Shown piece by piece: positions 1 to 12,938 of a DNA stretch of 64,000 nucleotides. Position numbers and translations under genes: made by a program. The notes beneath the pieces were generated by a model that was given only the letters and a program-made list of their open reading frames with translations, was not told where the DNA came from and did not search any database. Position 1 is the stretch's first letter; every line of letters starts with the position of its first letter. Source of the stretch: an uncultured Actinomycetota bacterium (GTDB lineage: Bacteria > Actinomycetota > Actinomycetes > Propionibacteriales > Nocardioidaceae); NCBI GenBank assembly GCA_963790225.1, contig CAWBNX010000003.1, forward strand, positions 151,044 through 215,043, written 5' to 3'.

Positions 1-776
1 TCTCCGGCTTCGCCGGGGCGCGCTGGCTGGGAGTGGCCGGCCAGCTGGCGGGCTCGCGCCACCCCGACCTCGGCGTGCTGGGCAAGGGCGGCACGCTGCG
101 CGTGGAGCGCCACACCGGGCGCACCAACCTGGCGGAGCCGAGGGACACCGGCATCGCGCTCGGGAGCATCGACCTCCTGCTCAACGTCGGCGACTGGGAC
201 GACGACGGTCACGGGGACTTCATGACCCGCCGCACGAGCGGGGCGATGATGCTCTACCGCGGTCGGGGCCGTGACACCTTCGCCGCGCCGGTCAAGGCGG
301 CGGACGGCTGGGGCGAGGTCGAGCTCGTCGCTCCGCTCGGCGACGTGACCGGCGACAAGAGCCCGGACCTGGTCGGCCAGTTCCGGGGCAAGCTGCGGGT
401 CTACCCCGGTGACGGTCGGACGGGCCTCCGCCGGAGCGTGGTGTCCTCCGACGCGGTGCAGGCCGACCGGGTGGTCGGGGTCGACACCTGGGGCGGCGAC
501 CGCCTCGCCGACGTGGTCCTCAGGCGTGCGGACGGGTCGTTGGAGGTGACGAGCCTGCTGGGCACCAACCGCCACGACGGCAGCCGGGTCGGCAGCCGGG
601 CCGACCGCTACGACTGGGTGCTGGGTCTCGGAGACGTCGACGGACGAGGCCGGTCGGACGTCGTCGCGCGCCAGCGCTCCTCCGGCGACCTGTGGCTGCT
701 CCGCGGCACCAGGGACGGCTTCACCTCGCGGTGGCGCCTGGGCAGCGGCTTCGACCGCTACGACCTCGGCGGCTGA
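1..776 (+). CDS. FG-GAP/VCBS repeat-containing protein, C-terminal part (5' truncated by window edge)
   Basis: Repeated GDWDDDGHGD, GDVTGDKSPDLV and GDVDGRGRSDVV motifs followed by L.LY.G.G; frame open to the window start. Confidence 0.8.
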   Translation, partial: SGFAGARWLGVAGQLAGSRHPDLGVLGKGGTLRVERHTGRTNLAEPRDTGIALGSIDLLLNVGDWDDDGHGDFMTRRTSGAMMLYRGRGRDTFAAPVKAADGWGEVELVAPLGDVTGDKSPDLVGQFRGKLRVYPGDGRTGLRRSVVSSDAVQADRVVGVDTWGGDRLADVVLRRADGSLEVTSLLGTNRHDGSRVGSRADRYDWVLGLGDVDGRGRSDVVARQRSSGDLWLLRGTRDGFTSRWRLGSGFDRYDLGG

Positions 777-788
777 CGCGGCGGCCGG

Positions 789-1536
789 TCAGCCCGGCCA
801 GGGGGTGGCCCGCTCCGCGGCCGCCCGCTCGGCGAGCCGGTCGGGCCCGGCGGCGTCACCGTGGCGCACCCAGACGGTGCCGGCGCCGGACAGCAGCGGG
901 CCGAGGAACGCGCCGAGACCGGCGCGCGAGGTCGGCGGGAGCCCGGTCAGCAGCCGGCCGGTCACCTCGACGGCCTCGGCCAGCAGGTCCTGCTGCGACC
1001 ACGAGCCCGTCGCGTCGACCCAGGCCAGATCGGCCGGCTCGGGCGGATCGGAGGGGACGAACAGGTCGGGCTGGCTCCACACCACCTCACCGAAGTCGAC
1101 GACCCCGGCCGGCAGGGCCGGCAGCGGTGGACGGAACCGACCGGCCATGGGGAGCAGCGACAGCGCCACCACGGGCACGCCGGTGGCGGCGTGCGTCCGC
1201 CACGTCCTCGGGACCGCACACGACGAGGTCGACCTGACCGACGCGTGACCGGTCGTCGGTCACGACCGCCCCGATGCTCCACAGCGCCCCCAGCCACACC
1301 GGGCCGAGCCAGTGCGTCGGGAGGTCGACGAGGACGGTGCCGCCTCGCTCGACCATGAGCTCGTCCTCGAGCAGGCCGGCAGTCTTCGCCACCCAGTTCG
1401 CGTAGGTGACCACGGACAGCTCGACGCGCTCGCCCGTGGCGTCGTCGTAGAACGTGACCAGGGGACGGGACCCGTCGGTGCGCAGCTGGTGCTCCAGGAC
1501 GCGGCGGAGGTCGGCGGCGGGGAACGGTCGGGACAC
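789..1536 (-). CDS. TIGR03089 family protein (acyl-CoA synthetase N-terminal-like), one frameshift near 1190
   Basis: PLVTFYDDATGERVELS..TYANWVAKTA motif in ORF 1087-1536, continuing into ORF 789-1178; leaderless start with TAGGCT -10. Confidence 0.8.
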
Positions 1537-1569
1537 CGCGCCAGCCTACGCACGTGGCAGGATGCCGCC

Positions 1570-2739
1570 GTGCCCGCGCTCCCGCCGCCGCCCGCTCCGC
1601 CGCCGTCGCCGCCGTCGCCTCCGTCGCTCGCCGCCTCGGCCGGCGCCGGACCCGGCGCCCCGCCCGGACCGACCGGGCCCGACCGGCTGGCTCCGGAGGC
1701 CGTCATCGTCGCCGGGGGTTTCGGCACCCGGATGCTGCCGCTGACCGAGCGGCGTCCGAAGCATCTCCTCGAGGTGGGGGGCGTCGCTTTCCTCGAGCAC
1801 CAGATCGGCAAGCTCGCCGCTGCCGGCGTGGCACACGTCGTGCTCGCGACGTCGTACCACGCCGACCTCTTCTTCCCCGTGCTCGGCGACGGCAGCCGGT
1901 ACGGCGTCCGCCTCACCTACGTGACCGAGGACGAGCCGCTGGGCACCGGCGGGGCGATCCGCAACGCTGCCGACGCGCTGTCGCCGGAGCCGGGGCGTGC
2001 CGTGGTCGTCCTGAACGGCGACGTGCTGTCGGGCCACGACCTCGCCGGTCAGCTCGCCGACTTCGACAGGCCGCGGGACGGCCGCGTCGTGGACGTCTCG
2101 CTGCACCTGGTCGAGGTGTCGGACGCCCGCGCCTTCGGATGTGTGCCGACCGACGCCACGGGGCGAGTCGAGGCCTTCGTGGAGAAGTCGGGCGACCCGG
2201 TCTCGAACCAGGTCAACGCCGGGTGCTACGTCTTCCGCCGCCACGTCGTCGCGGCGATCCCTGCCGGACGGGTGGTCTCGGTCGAGCGGGAGACCTTTCC
2301 CGGCCTGGTCGATGACGGTGCGCTCGTCGTCGGGTGGGTCGAGTCGGCCTACTGGCGAGACGTGGGCAACCCCGACGCGCTCGTGGCGGCCTCGCGCGAC
2401 CTCGTCCTGGGCGCCGCGGACAGTCCCGCGGCCGTCCGGGCGCCTGCTGCGGCGTGGACGGACCCGGAGGCCCGGGTCGACGGGGCGCTGGCCGACGGCA
2501 CGACGGCGTGTCGCGGAGCAGTGGTCGAGGCGGACGCGGACGTGCGGGGGTCGGTGCTCATGGCTGGTGCCTTCGTCGGTCGGGGGAGCGTCGTGGTCGA
2601 CTCCGTCCTCGGTCCCGGCGCGCGCGTCGAGTCGGGCGCACGCGTCCACGGCGCGGCGGTCGGCGACGAGGCGGTCGTCGCTCCGGGCGCCGTCGTCGGA
2701 GTCGGGGCGCGCATCGCGTGCGGCGCCCGGGTGCCCTGA
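1570..2739 (+). CDS. Mannose-1-phosphate guanylyltransferase / NDP-sugar synthase
   Basis: AVIVAGGFGTRMLPLT..PK motif, EPLGTGG, NGD, EK, and C-terminal hexapeptide repeats; GTG start 6 nt after a CAGGAT -10-like element. Confidence 0.88.
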   Translation: MPALPPPPAPPPSPPSPPSLAASAGAGPGAPPGPTGPDRLAPEAVIVAGGFGTRMLPLTERRPKHLLEVGGVAFLEHQIGKLAAAGVAHVVLATSYHADLFFPVLGDGSRYGVRLTYVTEDEPLGTGGAIRNAADALSPEPGRAVVVLNGDVLSGHDLAGQLADFDRPRDGRVVDVSLHLVEVSDARAFGCVPTDATGRVEAFVEKSGDPVSNQVNAGCYVFRRHVVAAIPAGRVVSVERETFPGLVDDGALVVGWVESAYWRDVGNPDALVAASRDLVLGAADSPAAVRAPAAAWTDPEARVDGALADGTTACRGAVVEADADVRGSVLMAGAFVGRGSVVVDSVLGPGARVESGARVHGAAVGDEAVVAPGAVVGVGARIACGARVP

Positions 2740-2742
2740 GGC

Positions 2743-2785
2743 GTGCTGCCGGGTGCTGCCGGTGCTGCCGCGTGCTGCCGCGTGC
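2743..2785. repeat. Short tandem repeat GTGCTGCC(G/GG/GC) x4.5 between convergent genes
   Basis: GTGCTGCC at 2743, 2753, 2762 and 2772, partial at 2782. Confidence 0.8.
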
Positions 2786-2809
2786 AGGGGGTGCGGCCGG
2801 GTCGTGCCG

Positions 2810-3289
2810 TCAGCCCAGCGCGGCGCCGTACAGCTCGGAGAGGAAGCCGGCCCCGCCGAGGAACGCGGCGAAGCGCAGGGTGCGCCCGACCGTGCCGACC
2901 AGGATGAAGGTCGTGAGGTTCATGCGCAGCTGGCCCGCGAGGACGGCGACGATCGCGAACGGCGGGAAGCCGCTCACGGCACTGGCGAAGAGGAGCGTGG
3001 CGCCCAGCACCGGCCGGTCCTGGGTGCGGCTGCGCCACTTCTGCAGGGTGGCCCGACCCTTGGGCGTGTCGACCCGCTTGGCGATCCACGGCCACTTCAG
3101 GGCGTTGGCTCCGAGGTAGTACCAGACCACCTTGCCGACCATCTGGCCGACCCCGGCGATGGTGGCCAGCAGCCAGATCCCGGTGGAGTCGCGCACGGCG
3201 GCGAGACCCACGAGGTAGACCTCGACGTTGATCAGCGGTACGAGAGCCGACGCCACGGACACGCCGAAGAGGACGAGTGCCTCACGCAC
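2810..3289 (-). CDS. VTT/DedA (SNARE-associated, YqaA-like) membrane protein
   Basis: Hydrophobic 159 aa with SALVP..NVE, GKVVWYYLG and F...GR.LRF motifs. Confidence 0.75.
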   Translation of the reverse strand: MREALVLFGVSVASALVPLINVEVYLVGLAAVRDSTGIWLLATIAGVGQMVGKVVWYYLGANALKWPWIAKRVDTPKGRATLQKWRSRTQDRPVLGATLLFASAVSGFPPFAIVAVLAGQLRMNLTTFILVGTVGRTLRFAAFLGGAGFLSELYGAALG

Positions 3290-3312
3290 GGCGCTGACCC
3301 ATGGCCCCGAGT

Positions 3313-4351
3313 CTACGGAAGCGCCGGCGCCAGCACCGCACCCGCAGCGTCCCGCGCGTCCACGCGCCAGCCGTGGGCGGCGGACACCGCCGCGAGGACG
3401 ATCTCCGCGCGACCCAGGGTCCGTTCGTCGAGCCCGGTCAGGTCGATGCGCACGACCCCGGCCGGGTCGCCCTCACCTGTCCGCTCCGTGCTGTCACCGG
3501 GGACGGCTCGGCTCCGGGGACGAGCGCGCGAGGCAGGTGCGCAGAGCGGCGACGAGCTCGTCCGCCGGCGCCGGGCCGCCGAACCCCGGGTGACCGGAAC
3601 CGCCCGAGGCCCCCGGCGAGCCCGCGGAGAGGGCAGCGAGCACCGCCTCGCGGGCGCCGAGGCCGAACATGTCCTCGCGCTCCGGGCGGACCAGGGCCGA
3701 CGCGCCGGGCCCGTCCTCGCCGGGAGGGAGCACCAGCCGTGCCAGGCCGCGGACCACCGACAGCGGACTCATCGAGAGCTTGCCGGTGGCCAGCTCGGCC
3801 GCGCCGGCGATCTCGTCGGCGACGGCGGGCAGCGTGACGGCGAGGAGGTTGCCGTAGCCGTCGACCAGGCCGGCGTGGTCCTCGACGACCCGGAGGCCGG
3901 CGGCGCCCACCGCGATGTCGGTCTGGCCCACCCGCCAGGCACGTCCGGCGGTGTCGGTCACGACGACGCCGACGTTGACGCCGTGCCGATCCGCCAGGGC
4001 GCGGCGCAGGTGCCGCGCCGAGGCGTCGGGGTCGAGGGGCAGCAGGACGTGGCGCCCGGCCGCGACGTTGGACGCGTCGATGCCGGCAGCGGCCATGACG
4101 AGGCCGTGACGGGTCCGGGCGATGGTGGTCGGGCCCCGTCGGGCCACGACCCGCACGGTCTCGTCCGCGAGCGCCTCGTCCTTCGGGCGGTCGGTGACCC
4201 GTCCCTCGGCCTTGCTGACGATCTTGCTGGTCACGACGACCACGTCGCCGTCGCCGAGCGCGACGCCTGCCAGCAGGTCCGCGAGGACGGTGCCCTCGGC
4301 GACCTCGCCCACGTCCGGCACGACGTCGACGCGGAGAGGAGTCGCGGTCAC
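3313..4351 (-). CDS. cofE: Coenzyme F420-0:L-glutamate ligase (short form), frameshift near 3500
   Basis: VVTSKIVSKAEGR, AAAGIDASN, TDTAGRAWRVGQTD and ADEIAGAAEL motifs; GTGA overlap with cofD. Confidence 0.9.
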
Positions 4352-5325
4352 CGCCCCACCAGCTCCAGCGCGGCCCTGGCCATCGCCTCGGTGGCCACGT
4401 CGTCGGTCATCATCAGGGGCACCGCGCGACACCGGACGCCGCCCGCCTCCACCCGCTCAGCGGCGTCGCCGTCGGCGGTGTCGACCAGCCAGGCGTCGAG
4501 CACGCCGTCGCCCGAGCGTGCGCCGTAGTGTGCTGCGACCCCGGCGGCCGAGACCTCGATGCCCACCCCGGTCATGAGCTGCTCGGCCATGCCGCGGACG
4601 TGGCGCCCGGCGACGATGGGGGAGAGGCCGACAACGGGCGCCGGGCCCGACCGCAGCGCGTCCCGCAGGCCGGGCACGCCGAGGATGGTGCCGACCGAGA
4701 CGACCGGGTTCGAGGGCGGCACGACGACGACGTCGGCCCGCGCGATCGCCTCGAGCACGCCGGGGGCGGGCGTCGAGCGGTCGAGACCGACCGGGACGAC
4801 CCCGCGCGCGGGCACCTGCGCCCGCAGCCTCACCCAGTACTCCTGGAAGTGGATCGCGCGCCGCCCGGAGGGCTCGGAGTCGTCGTCGACGAGCACGTGG
4901 GTCTCGACCCTGTCGTCGGTCATCGGCAGCAGGGTCACCCCCGGCTGCCAGCGCCGGCACAGCGCGGCGGTGACCGCCGAGAGCGGGTAGCCGGACTCGA
5001 CCATCTGGGTCCGGACGAGGTGGGTGGCCAGGTCGCGGTCGCCGAGCCCGAACCAGGTCGGCTCGACGCCGTACGCCGCCAGCTCCTCCTTGACCCGCCA
5101 CGACTCGTCGGTGCGTCCCCAGCCGCGCTCGGCGTCGATGCCGCCGCCCAGGGTGTACATGACGGTGTCGAGGTCGGGGCAGATCTTGAGGCCGTGGAGC
5201 CAGAGGTCGTCGGCGGTGTTGGCCACCACCGTGATCTCGAGATCGGGCACCCGGCGCAGTCCGCGCAGGAACGTGGCACCGCCGACCCCACCCGAGAGAA
5301 CGGTGCATCGCAGCGGTCCGGACAT
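4348..5325 (-). CDS. cofD: 2-phospho-L-lactate/phosphoenolpyruvate transferase (FbiA)
   Basis: LSGGVGGATF, NTADD, CPDLDTVMYTL, WFGLGDRD, HFQEYWV and PSNPVVS motifs. Confidence 0.95.
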   Translation of the reverse strand: MSGPLRCTVLSGGVGGATFLRGLRRVPDLEITVVANTADDLWLHGLKICPDLDTVMYTLGGGIDAERGWGRTDESWRVKEELAAYGVEPTWFGLGDRDLATHLVRTQMVESGYPLSAVTAALCRRWQPGVTLLPMTDDRVETHVLVDDDSEPSGRRAIHFQEYWVRLRAQVPARGVVPVGLDRSTPAPGVLEAIARADVVVVPPSNPVVSVGTILGVPGLRDALRSGPAPVVGLSPIVAGRHVRGMAEQLMTGVGIEVSAAGVAAHYGARSGDGVLDAWLVDTADGDAAERVEAGGVRCRAVPLMMTDDVATEAMARAALELVGR

Positions 5326-5380
5326 CCCTTATCACCCCTTCCAGGTGGGCGGCGAATTTCGCCGTATAACAGATCTGGTG

Positions 5381-5425
5381 TTGACTTTCGTGGTACGACA
5401 GGCGTGTAATTCCCTCAGTGTCATT
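5381..5425 (+). promoter_or_regulatory. whiB promoter (TTGACT-N18-TGTAAT) followed by GTGTC, a WhiA-type GACAC box on the reverse strand
   Basis: AT-rich intergenic region; -35 at 5381-5386, -10 at 5405-5410; resembles actinomycete whiB promoters as recalled. Confidence 0.6.
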
Positions 5426-5575
5426 CACGACGTCACGTGACAGCAGCCGGCATCCTTCCCCAGGACCTCGCGATCTGGACTGCACACGTTACGGACCTCG
5501 GATGCGACAGAGGGAAGGCAACCAGGGAAACAGTCGAGACCTTCGGGGGTCTCACGGGTTGAAAGGCGAGGACAC

Positions 5576-5839
5576 ATGCGGGAACTATTCGTGCTGGACA
5601 CGGAACAGAGCGAGACCGAGGAGCTGGGCTGGCAGGAGCGCGCACTGTGCGCTCAGACCGACCCCGAGGCGTTCTTCCCTGAGAAGGGCGGCTCCACCCG
5701 GGAGGCGAAGCGGGTGTGTCTCACCTGCGACGTCCGGGGTGAGTGCCTCGAGTACGCCCTCTCCAACGACGAGCGCTTCGGCATCTGGGGCGGCATGTCC
5801 GAGCGGGAGCGGCGCAAGCTGAAGAAGGCCGCGGTCTGA
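5576..5839 (+). CDS. whiB: WhiB (WhiB2/WhmD orthologue) Fe-S transcription factor
   Basis: WQERALCAQTDPEAFFPEKGGSTREAKRVC..C...C and GIWGG; RBS GAGGA. Confidence 0.97.
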   Translation: MRELFVLDTEQSETEELGWQERALCAQTDPEAFFPEKGGSTREAKRVCLTCDVRGECLEYALSNDERFGIWGGMSERERRKLKKAAV

Positions 5840-5864
5840 CCTCCGGGTCGACCCGGTCGTCTCC

Positions 5865-6335
5865 TCAGTCGTCCTGCTCGCGCGGGTCGATGTCCTCGGG
5901 CTGGCGTCCGAGGAGCTCGGCCACCTGCTCGACCAGGACGGTGTAGACGAGCGCCCCCAGGTCGGCGGGCGTCTCGCACCGCAGCTCGATCGGTCGCCGG
6001 AACAGCACCACCCGGCTCGGTCGACCCCCGGCGCCCGGCACCAGCGACCCGAGCGGGACGGTCGGCGCGCTCCAGTCCGCCGGCATCAGCGGGGTCTCCT
6101 CGATCGCGAACTCCACCAGACCCAGCTCCGTGCTCCACCGCGCCTCGAGCGCCCCGAGCACGTCGAGCACCACCTCGTCGAAGCGGTCCCGTCGGCTCGG
6201 CCGTCGCGGCGGGCCCTGCGGCGTCAGCGGCCCCGCGAGCACCGCCGGCCCGCGCATGCCCCGCCCGTGCCGGTCGCGGCCGTGGGACGACGGAGCCGGA
6301 CGCGGAGTCGGACGGAGCGGCACGAGGTCGGACAT
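5865..6335 (-). CDS. Zincin-like metallopeptidase family protein (Rv3259-like)
   Basis: RDRHGRGMRGP and VVLFRRPIELR...LVEQVAELLG; conserved position after whiB. Confidence 0.8.
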   Translation of the reverse strand: MSDLVPLRPTPRPAPSSHGRDRHGRGMRGPAVLAGPLTPQGPPRRPSRRDRFDEVVLDVLGALEARWSTELGLVEFAIEETPLMPADWSAPTVPLGSLVPGAGGRPSRVVLFRRPIELRCETPADLGALVYTVLVEQVAELLGRQPEDIDPREQDD

Positions 6336-6384
6336 CCCGCGAGCCTAAACCGAGGGGTCGCCCGCAGGTTGTAGCGTCAGCGAC

Positions 6385-6783
6385 GTGAGTCCTGCGCGCC
6401 GTTGCTCCCGGACCGCCTGTCGGCGTCCGGCCATCGCCACGCTCACCTACGTCTACGGCGACCAGACCGCGGTCCTCGGCCCGTTGGCCACCTACGCCGA
6501 GCCGCACGCCTACGACCTGTGCGAGGAGCACTCCGAGCGGCTCTCGGCCCCTCGGGGCTGGGAGGTCATGCGGCTCGCGCCGGACCCGGACGCGCTCGGT
6601 CCCAGCACCGACGACCTGCTCGCCCTGGCCGACGCCGTCCGCGAGGCCGCACGCCCGGTGCCACCCGCGCCTCCGGTCGCCGCCGTGCAGGGCCGCCCGT
6701 CCGGCCGCCCCGACCACGGCCGACCCGGCGAGCCCGTCCGGTCGTCCCGTCGGCCCGGACCACCCGAGCAACCCGGCGCCTGA
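6385..6783 (+). CDS. DUF3499 family protein
   Basis: CSRTAC..A.ATLTYVY.DQTAVLGPL..EPH.YDLC..H...P.GW. Confidence 0.9.
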   Translation: MSPARRCSRTACRRPAIATLTYVYGDQTAVLGPLATYAEPHAYDLCEEHSERLSAPRGWEVMRLAPDPDALGPSTDDLLALADAVREAARPVPPAPPVAAVQGRPSGRPDHGRPGEPVRSSRRPGPPEQPGA

Positions 6784-6891
6784 GAGTGGTCGTCGCGGTC
6801 ACCTGCGCGTCCTGCGTCCGCTCGCCGACTGATCCTGGCGTCCGGCCCTGGCCCGGCGTCGGGGTGCTTCGCGCGCCAGTAGGGTGCCGCC

Positions 6892-8295
6892 ATGCGCCCT
6901 GCTCCTGACCCCCACCTGGTCGCGGCGGTGTTCAAGGCCTACGACGTCCGCGGCCTGGTGCCGCAGCAGATCGACGCGGGTCTGGCCCGCGCCACCGGCA
7001 ACGCCTTCGTCCAGGTGGTCCTCGACGGGCCGGACGGTCCCGGCGGGCGGAGGGTCGTGGTCGGGCACGACATGCGACAGAGCAGCCCCGGGCTGGCGGA
7101 GGCGTTCGCCGACGGCGCGCAGGACGCCGGAGCCGACGTCGTCATGGTGGGACTGGCCTCCACCGACCAGCTCTACTTCGCCTCCGGGTCCCTCGACGTG
7201 CCCGGCGCGATGTTCACCGCCTCGCACAACCCGGCGGCCTACAACGGCATCAAGCTCTGCCGCGCCGGAGCGGCCCCGGTGGGGCAGCAGACCGGCCTGG
7301 ACGAGATCCGAGACCTCGTCGCAGCCGACTCCTACCGAGAGGCGCCGCAGCGCGGGTCGCGGTCCGAGCAGGACGTCCTCGACGCCTACGCCGACCTCCT
7401 GCTCACGTTGGCGCCGGTGCCGGCACGCCCGGGCCGCCGGCTGCGGGTCGTCGTCGACGCCGGCAACGGCATGGCCGGGCACACCGCCCCGGCGGTGCTG
7501 GGCCGGCTCGACCTCGACGTCGTGCCGCTCTACTTCGAGCTGGACGGCACCTTCCCGAACCACGAGGCCAACCCGATCGACCCGGAGAACCTGCGGCACC
7601 TGCAGGCGGCCGTGCGCGCCGAGGGCGCCGACGTCGGTCTGGCGTTCGACGGCGACGCCGACCGCTGCTTCCTCGTCGACGAGCGGGGCGAGGCCGTGGA
7701 CCCCAGTGCCGTGACCGCCCTCATCGCCTCCCGGGAGCTGCTGCGGCACCCGGGCGCCACCGTCATCCACAACCTCATCACCAGCCGGGCCGTGCCGGAG
7801 ATCGTGCGGGAGCGCGGCGGGGTCCCGGTGCGCACCCGGGTGGGCCACTCCTACATCAAGGCCACGATGGCCGACACCGACGCGGTGTTCGGCGGCGAGC
7901 ACTCGGGGCACTTCTACTTCCGCGAGTTCTGGCGCGCCGACTCCGGGATGCTGGCCGCGCTGCACTGTCTGGCGGCGCTGGCCGAGCAGGAGCGAGCGCT
8001 GAGCGGGCTGCTCGCGGAGTACACGCGCTACGCCTCGAGCGGCGAGGTCAACACCGAGGTGCCCGACCAGGCCACCGCGGTGGAGCACGTCGAGGCCACG
8101 GTGGGCGCCGAGGCGGGTGTCGAGGTCGACCGTCTCGACGGACTGACCTTCACCCACCCCCACTGGTGGTTCAACCTGCGCGCCTCGAACACCGAGCCGC
8201 TGCTGAGGTTGAACGTCGAGGCCACGGACGGGCCGACGATGATGGCGGTCCGTGACAGAGTCCTCTCGATGATCCGCAACCAGGAGGCGTCATGA
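6892..8295 (+). CDS. manB: Phosphomannomutase/phosphoglucomutase
   Basis: [28 protein letters not shown] and RASNTEP motifs. Confidence 0.95.
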   Translation: MRPAPDPHLVAAVFKAYDVRGLVPQQIDAGLARATGNAFVQVVLDGPDGPGGRRVVVGHDMRQSSPGLAEAFADGAQDAGADVVMVGLASTDQLYFASGSLDVPGAMFTASHNPAAYNGIKLCRAGAAPVGQQTGLDEIRDLVAADSYREAPQRGSRSEQDVLDAYADLLLTLAPVPARPGRRLRVVVDAGNGMAGHTAPAVLGRLDLDVVPLYFELDGTFPNHEANPIDPENLRHLQAAVRAEGADVGLAFDGDADRCFLVDERGEAVDPSAVTALIASRELLRHPGATVIHNLITSRAVPEIVRERGGVPVRTRVGHSYIKATMADTDAVFGGEHSGHFYFREFWRADSGMLAALHCLAALAEQERALSGLLAEYTRYASSGEVNTEVPDQATAVEHVEATVGAEAGVEVDRLDGLTFTHPHWWFNLRASNTEPLLRLNVEATDGPTMMAVRDRVLSMIRNQEAS

Positions 8296-8486
8296 CGCAC
8301 GACCACGGCCTGCCGGGACTGCCGCTCGACCCGCGTCTGCTCGAGCTGCTGCGCTGCCCGGCCTGCCACGCCGCGCTCGAGCCCCCGGCGCGCGAGGAGC
8401 TCGCGTGCCGCGGGTGCAGCCGGGTCTACCCCGTCCGCGACGGGGTGCCCATCCTGCTGCTCGACGAGGCCCGCACCCGAGCCTGA
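8292..8486 (+). CDS. Trm112 family protein
   Basis: [10 protein letters not shown]...[19 protein letters not shown]; ATGA overlap with manB. Confidence 0.9.
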   Translation: MTHDHGLPGLPLDPRLLELLRCPACHAALEPPAREELACRGCSRVYPVRDGVPILLLDEARTRA

Positions 8487-8514
8487 CGGCCCGGGCCGGC
8501 GAGAGGAGACGCAC

Positions 8515-9565
8515 GTGGCGGAGTGGTTCGACGAGTCCCTGCTCGACGACGGCGACACGCTGGCCCGCGCCGACGCGACGCTGAGGTCCCTGGCCGAGGC
8601 CGGCAGCCGGGTGCGGCGCGAGGCGGTCGCGGCCGCGGACGCCGTGGCGACGGCCGTCGCGGTCAGCCGCGACGACCGGCCCCGTGCCGTCATCGCAGCC
8701 GGTCCCGACTCACGCCTGCTGCGCGCCGTTCTCGAGCCCGCGTGCCCGGTGCCGTTCGTGGCCTGGCCGAACCCGGGCCTGCCCGGCTGGACCGGGCCCC
8801 TGGACGTCGTCGTGATGCTCGCCCCCGACGGCGGTGACCCCGGCAGCGCCAGCGCCGTCGCCGAGGCGGTCCGACGCGGGATGCCAGGTCGTGGTCGCCT
8901 GCCCGGCCGAGTCCCTGGTGGCCGAGCACGCGGCAGGTCGCCACACGACGATCATCCCGACCGCCTCGCGCGACCAGCTCGCTGTCGCGGTGGTGATGCT
9001 GCAGTTCCTCTCGCGCGTCGACCTGGGCCCGCACACGGACCCGGAGGAGGTCGCCACGGCCCTCGACGACGTGGCCGTGGCCTGCTCGCCGCACCGCGAC
9101 CTCGCGGTGAACCCGGCCAAGATGGTCGCGATCGCCCTGGCCGACTCCACCCCGCTGTGCTGGGGCGGCTCGGTCCTCGCCGCCCGCGCCGCTCGACGCG
9201 TCTCCGAGGCGGTCCGGCGGGCCAGCGGCCGGACGACGGTGGCCGGCGACGCCGAGCACCTGCTGCCCCTGGTGGCAGCCGCGCGTCCGCACGACGTCTT
9301 CTCCGACCCCTTCGCCGACCCCGACGGAGACCCGGAGCCGCCGGACCGTCGACCCATGCTGCTCGTGCTCGACGACGGCGCCGAGGACCCGACCGTGGTC
9401 GACCAGCGCGGCCGTCTCACCGCGGAGGCCGACGAGCGTGGCGTGCGCGTCGAGCTCCTCACCTGCGACACCGGCAGCGAGGTCGCCCGCTACGCCTCGC
9501 TGCTCGGCCAGGGCCGCTACGCCGCGGCCTACCTGGCGCTCGGCCTCGGCCGCATCGGTCGTTGA
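8515..9565 (+). CDS. SIS-domain protein (TobH / phosphoglucose-phosphomannose isomerase-like), frameshift near 8880
   Basis: LPGWTGPLDVVV, NPAK.VA.AL and YAAAYLALG motifs; ORFs 8515 and 8834-9565 join. Confidence 0.8.
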
Positions 9566-9668
9566 CGAGCCGTCCACGCGCGGGAGCCGGCGCTCGCTAC
9601 CCTGAGGACGTGACCCCGTCCCCGCGCCCCGCGTCCCTCCCGCCCGCTCCCACCCCGCTGCGCGCGCG

Positions 9669-10674
<1,006 letters not shown>

Positions 10675-10781
10675 GGGCCGGCGGCCACCGGGAAGGTAGT
10701 CTGGGCCCGGTATGCGCGGGAGATCCCGACGAAGCGCAGATGCGCCGCACACCCACCCCTGTCACACCAGAGGAACCCTTC

Positions 10782-12221
<1,440 letters not shown>

Positions 12222-12241
12222 TCCCGGACGACGGACGGAAC

Positions 12242-12937
12242 ATGGCGGTGGACGCGGGGTCGGCGGCACGGGCGAAGGTGCTCGTGGTCGACGACGACTC
12301 CGCGCTCGCCGAGATGCTCACGATCGTGCTGCGCAACGAGGGCTTCGAGCCGCAGGTGTGCTCGCACGGGAACGAGGCGCTGGCCGCCTTCCAGGGCTTC
12401 CGCCCCGACCTCGTGCTCCTCGACCTGATGCTGCCCGGTCGTGACGGCATCGACATCTGCAAGGACATCCGGGCCGAGTCCGGTGTCCCCATCGTCATGC
12501 TCACCGCACGGGGCGACACCGTCGACGTGGTCGAGGGCCTGGAGTCGGGCGCGGACGACTACGTCGTCAAGCCCTTCAAGCCCAAGGAGCTGGTCGCCCG
12601 GATCCGGGCCCGGGTGCGCACCTTCGAGGCCGCGCCGCCGGAGCAGCTCACCATCGGCGACCTGCACATCGACGTCGCGGGCCACCGGGTGACGCGCGGC
12701 GAGAGCGTCATCGCGCTGACGCCGCTGGAGTTCGACCTCCTGGTGTGCCTGGCGCGCAAGCCGTGGCAGGTCTTCACCCGCGAGGTGCTGCTCGAGCAGG
12801 TCTGGGGCTACCGTCACGCGGCCGACACCCGATTGGTCAACGTGCACGTCCAGCGGCTGCGCTCGAAGGTCGAGCGCGACCCCGAGAACCCCGAGATCGT
12901 CGTGACCGTCCGGGGCGTCGGCTACAAGGCCGGCTGA
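12242..12937 (+). CDS. mtrA: Two-component response regulator MtrA
   Basis: OmpR-type; GYRHAADTRLVNVHVQRLRSKVE; synteny with mtrB-lpqB. Confidence 0.95.
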   Translation: MAVDAGSAARAKVLVVDDDSALAEMLTIVLRNEGFEPQVCSHGNEALAAFQGFRPDLVLLDLMLPGRDGIDICKDIRAESGVPIVMLTARGDTVDVVEGLESGADDYVVKPFKPKELVARIRARVRTFEAAPPEQLTIGDLHIDVAGHRVTRGESVIALTPLEFDLLVCLARKPWQVFTREVLLEQVWGYRHAADTRLVNVHVQRLRSKVERDPENPEIVVTVRGVGYKAG

Positions 12938-12938
12938 C

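Noticed and set aside
10697-10781. SAH riboswitch upstream of ahcY
   Set aside because: The leader has a small hairpin but lacks the GAGGAGCG...CCAGGCTC consensus; cmsearch would settle it.
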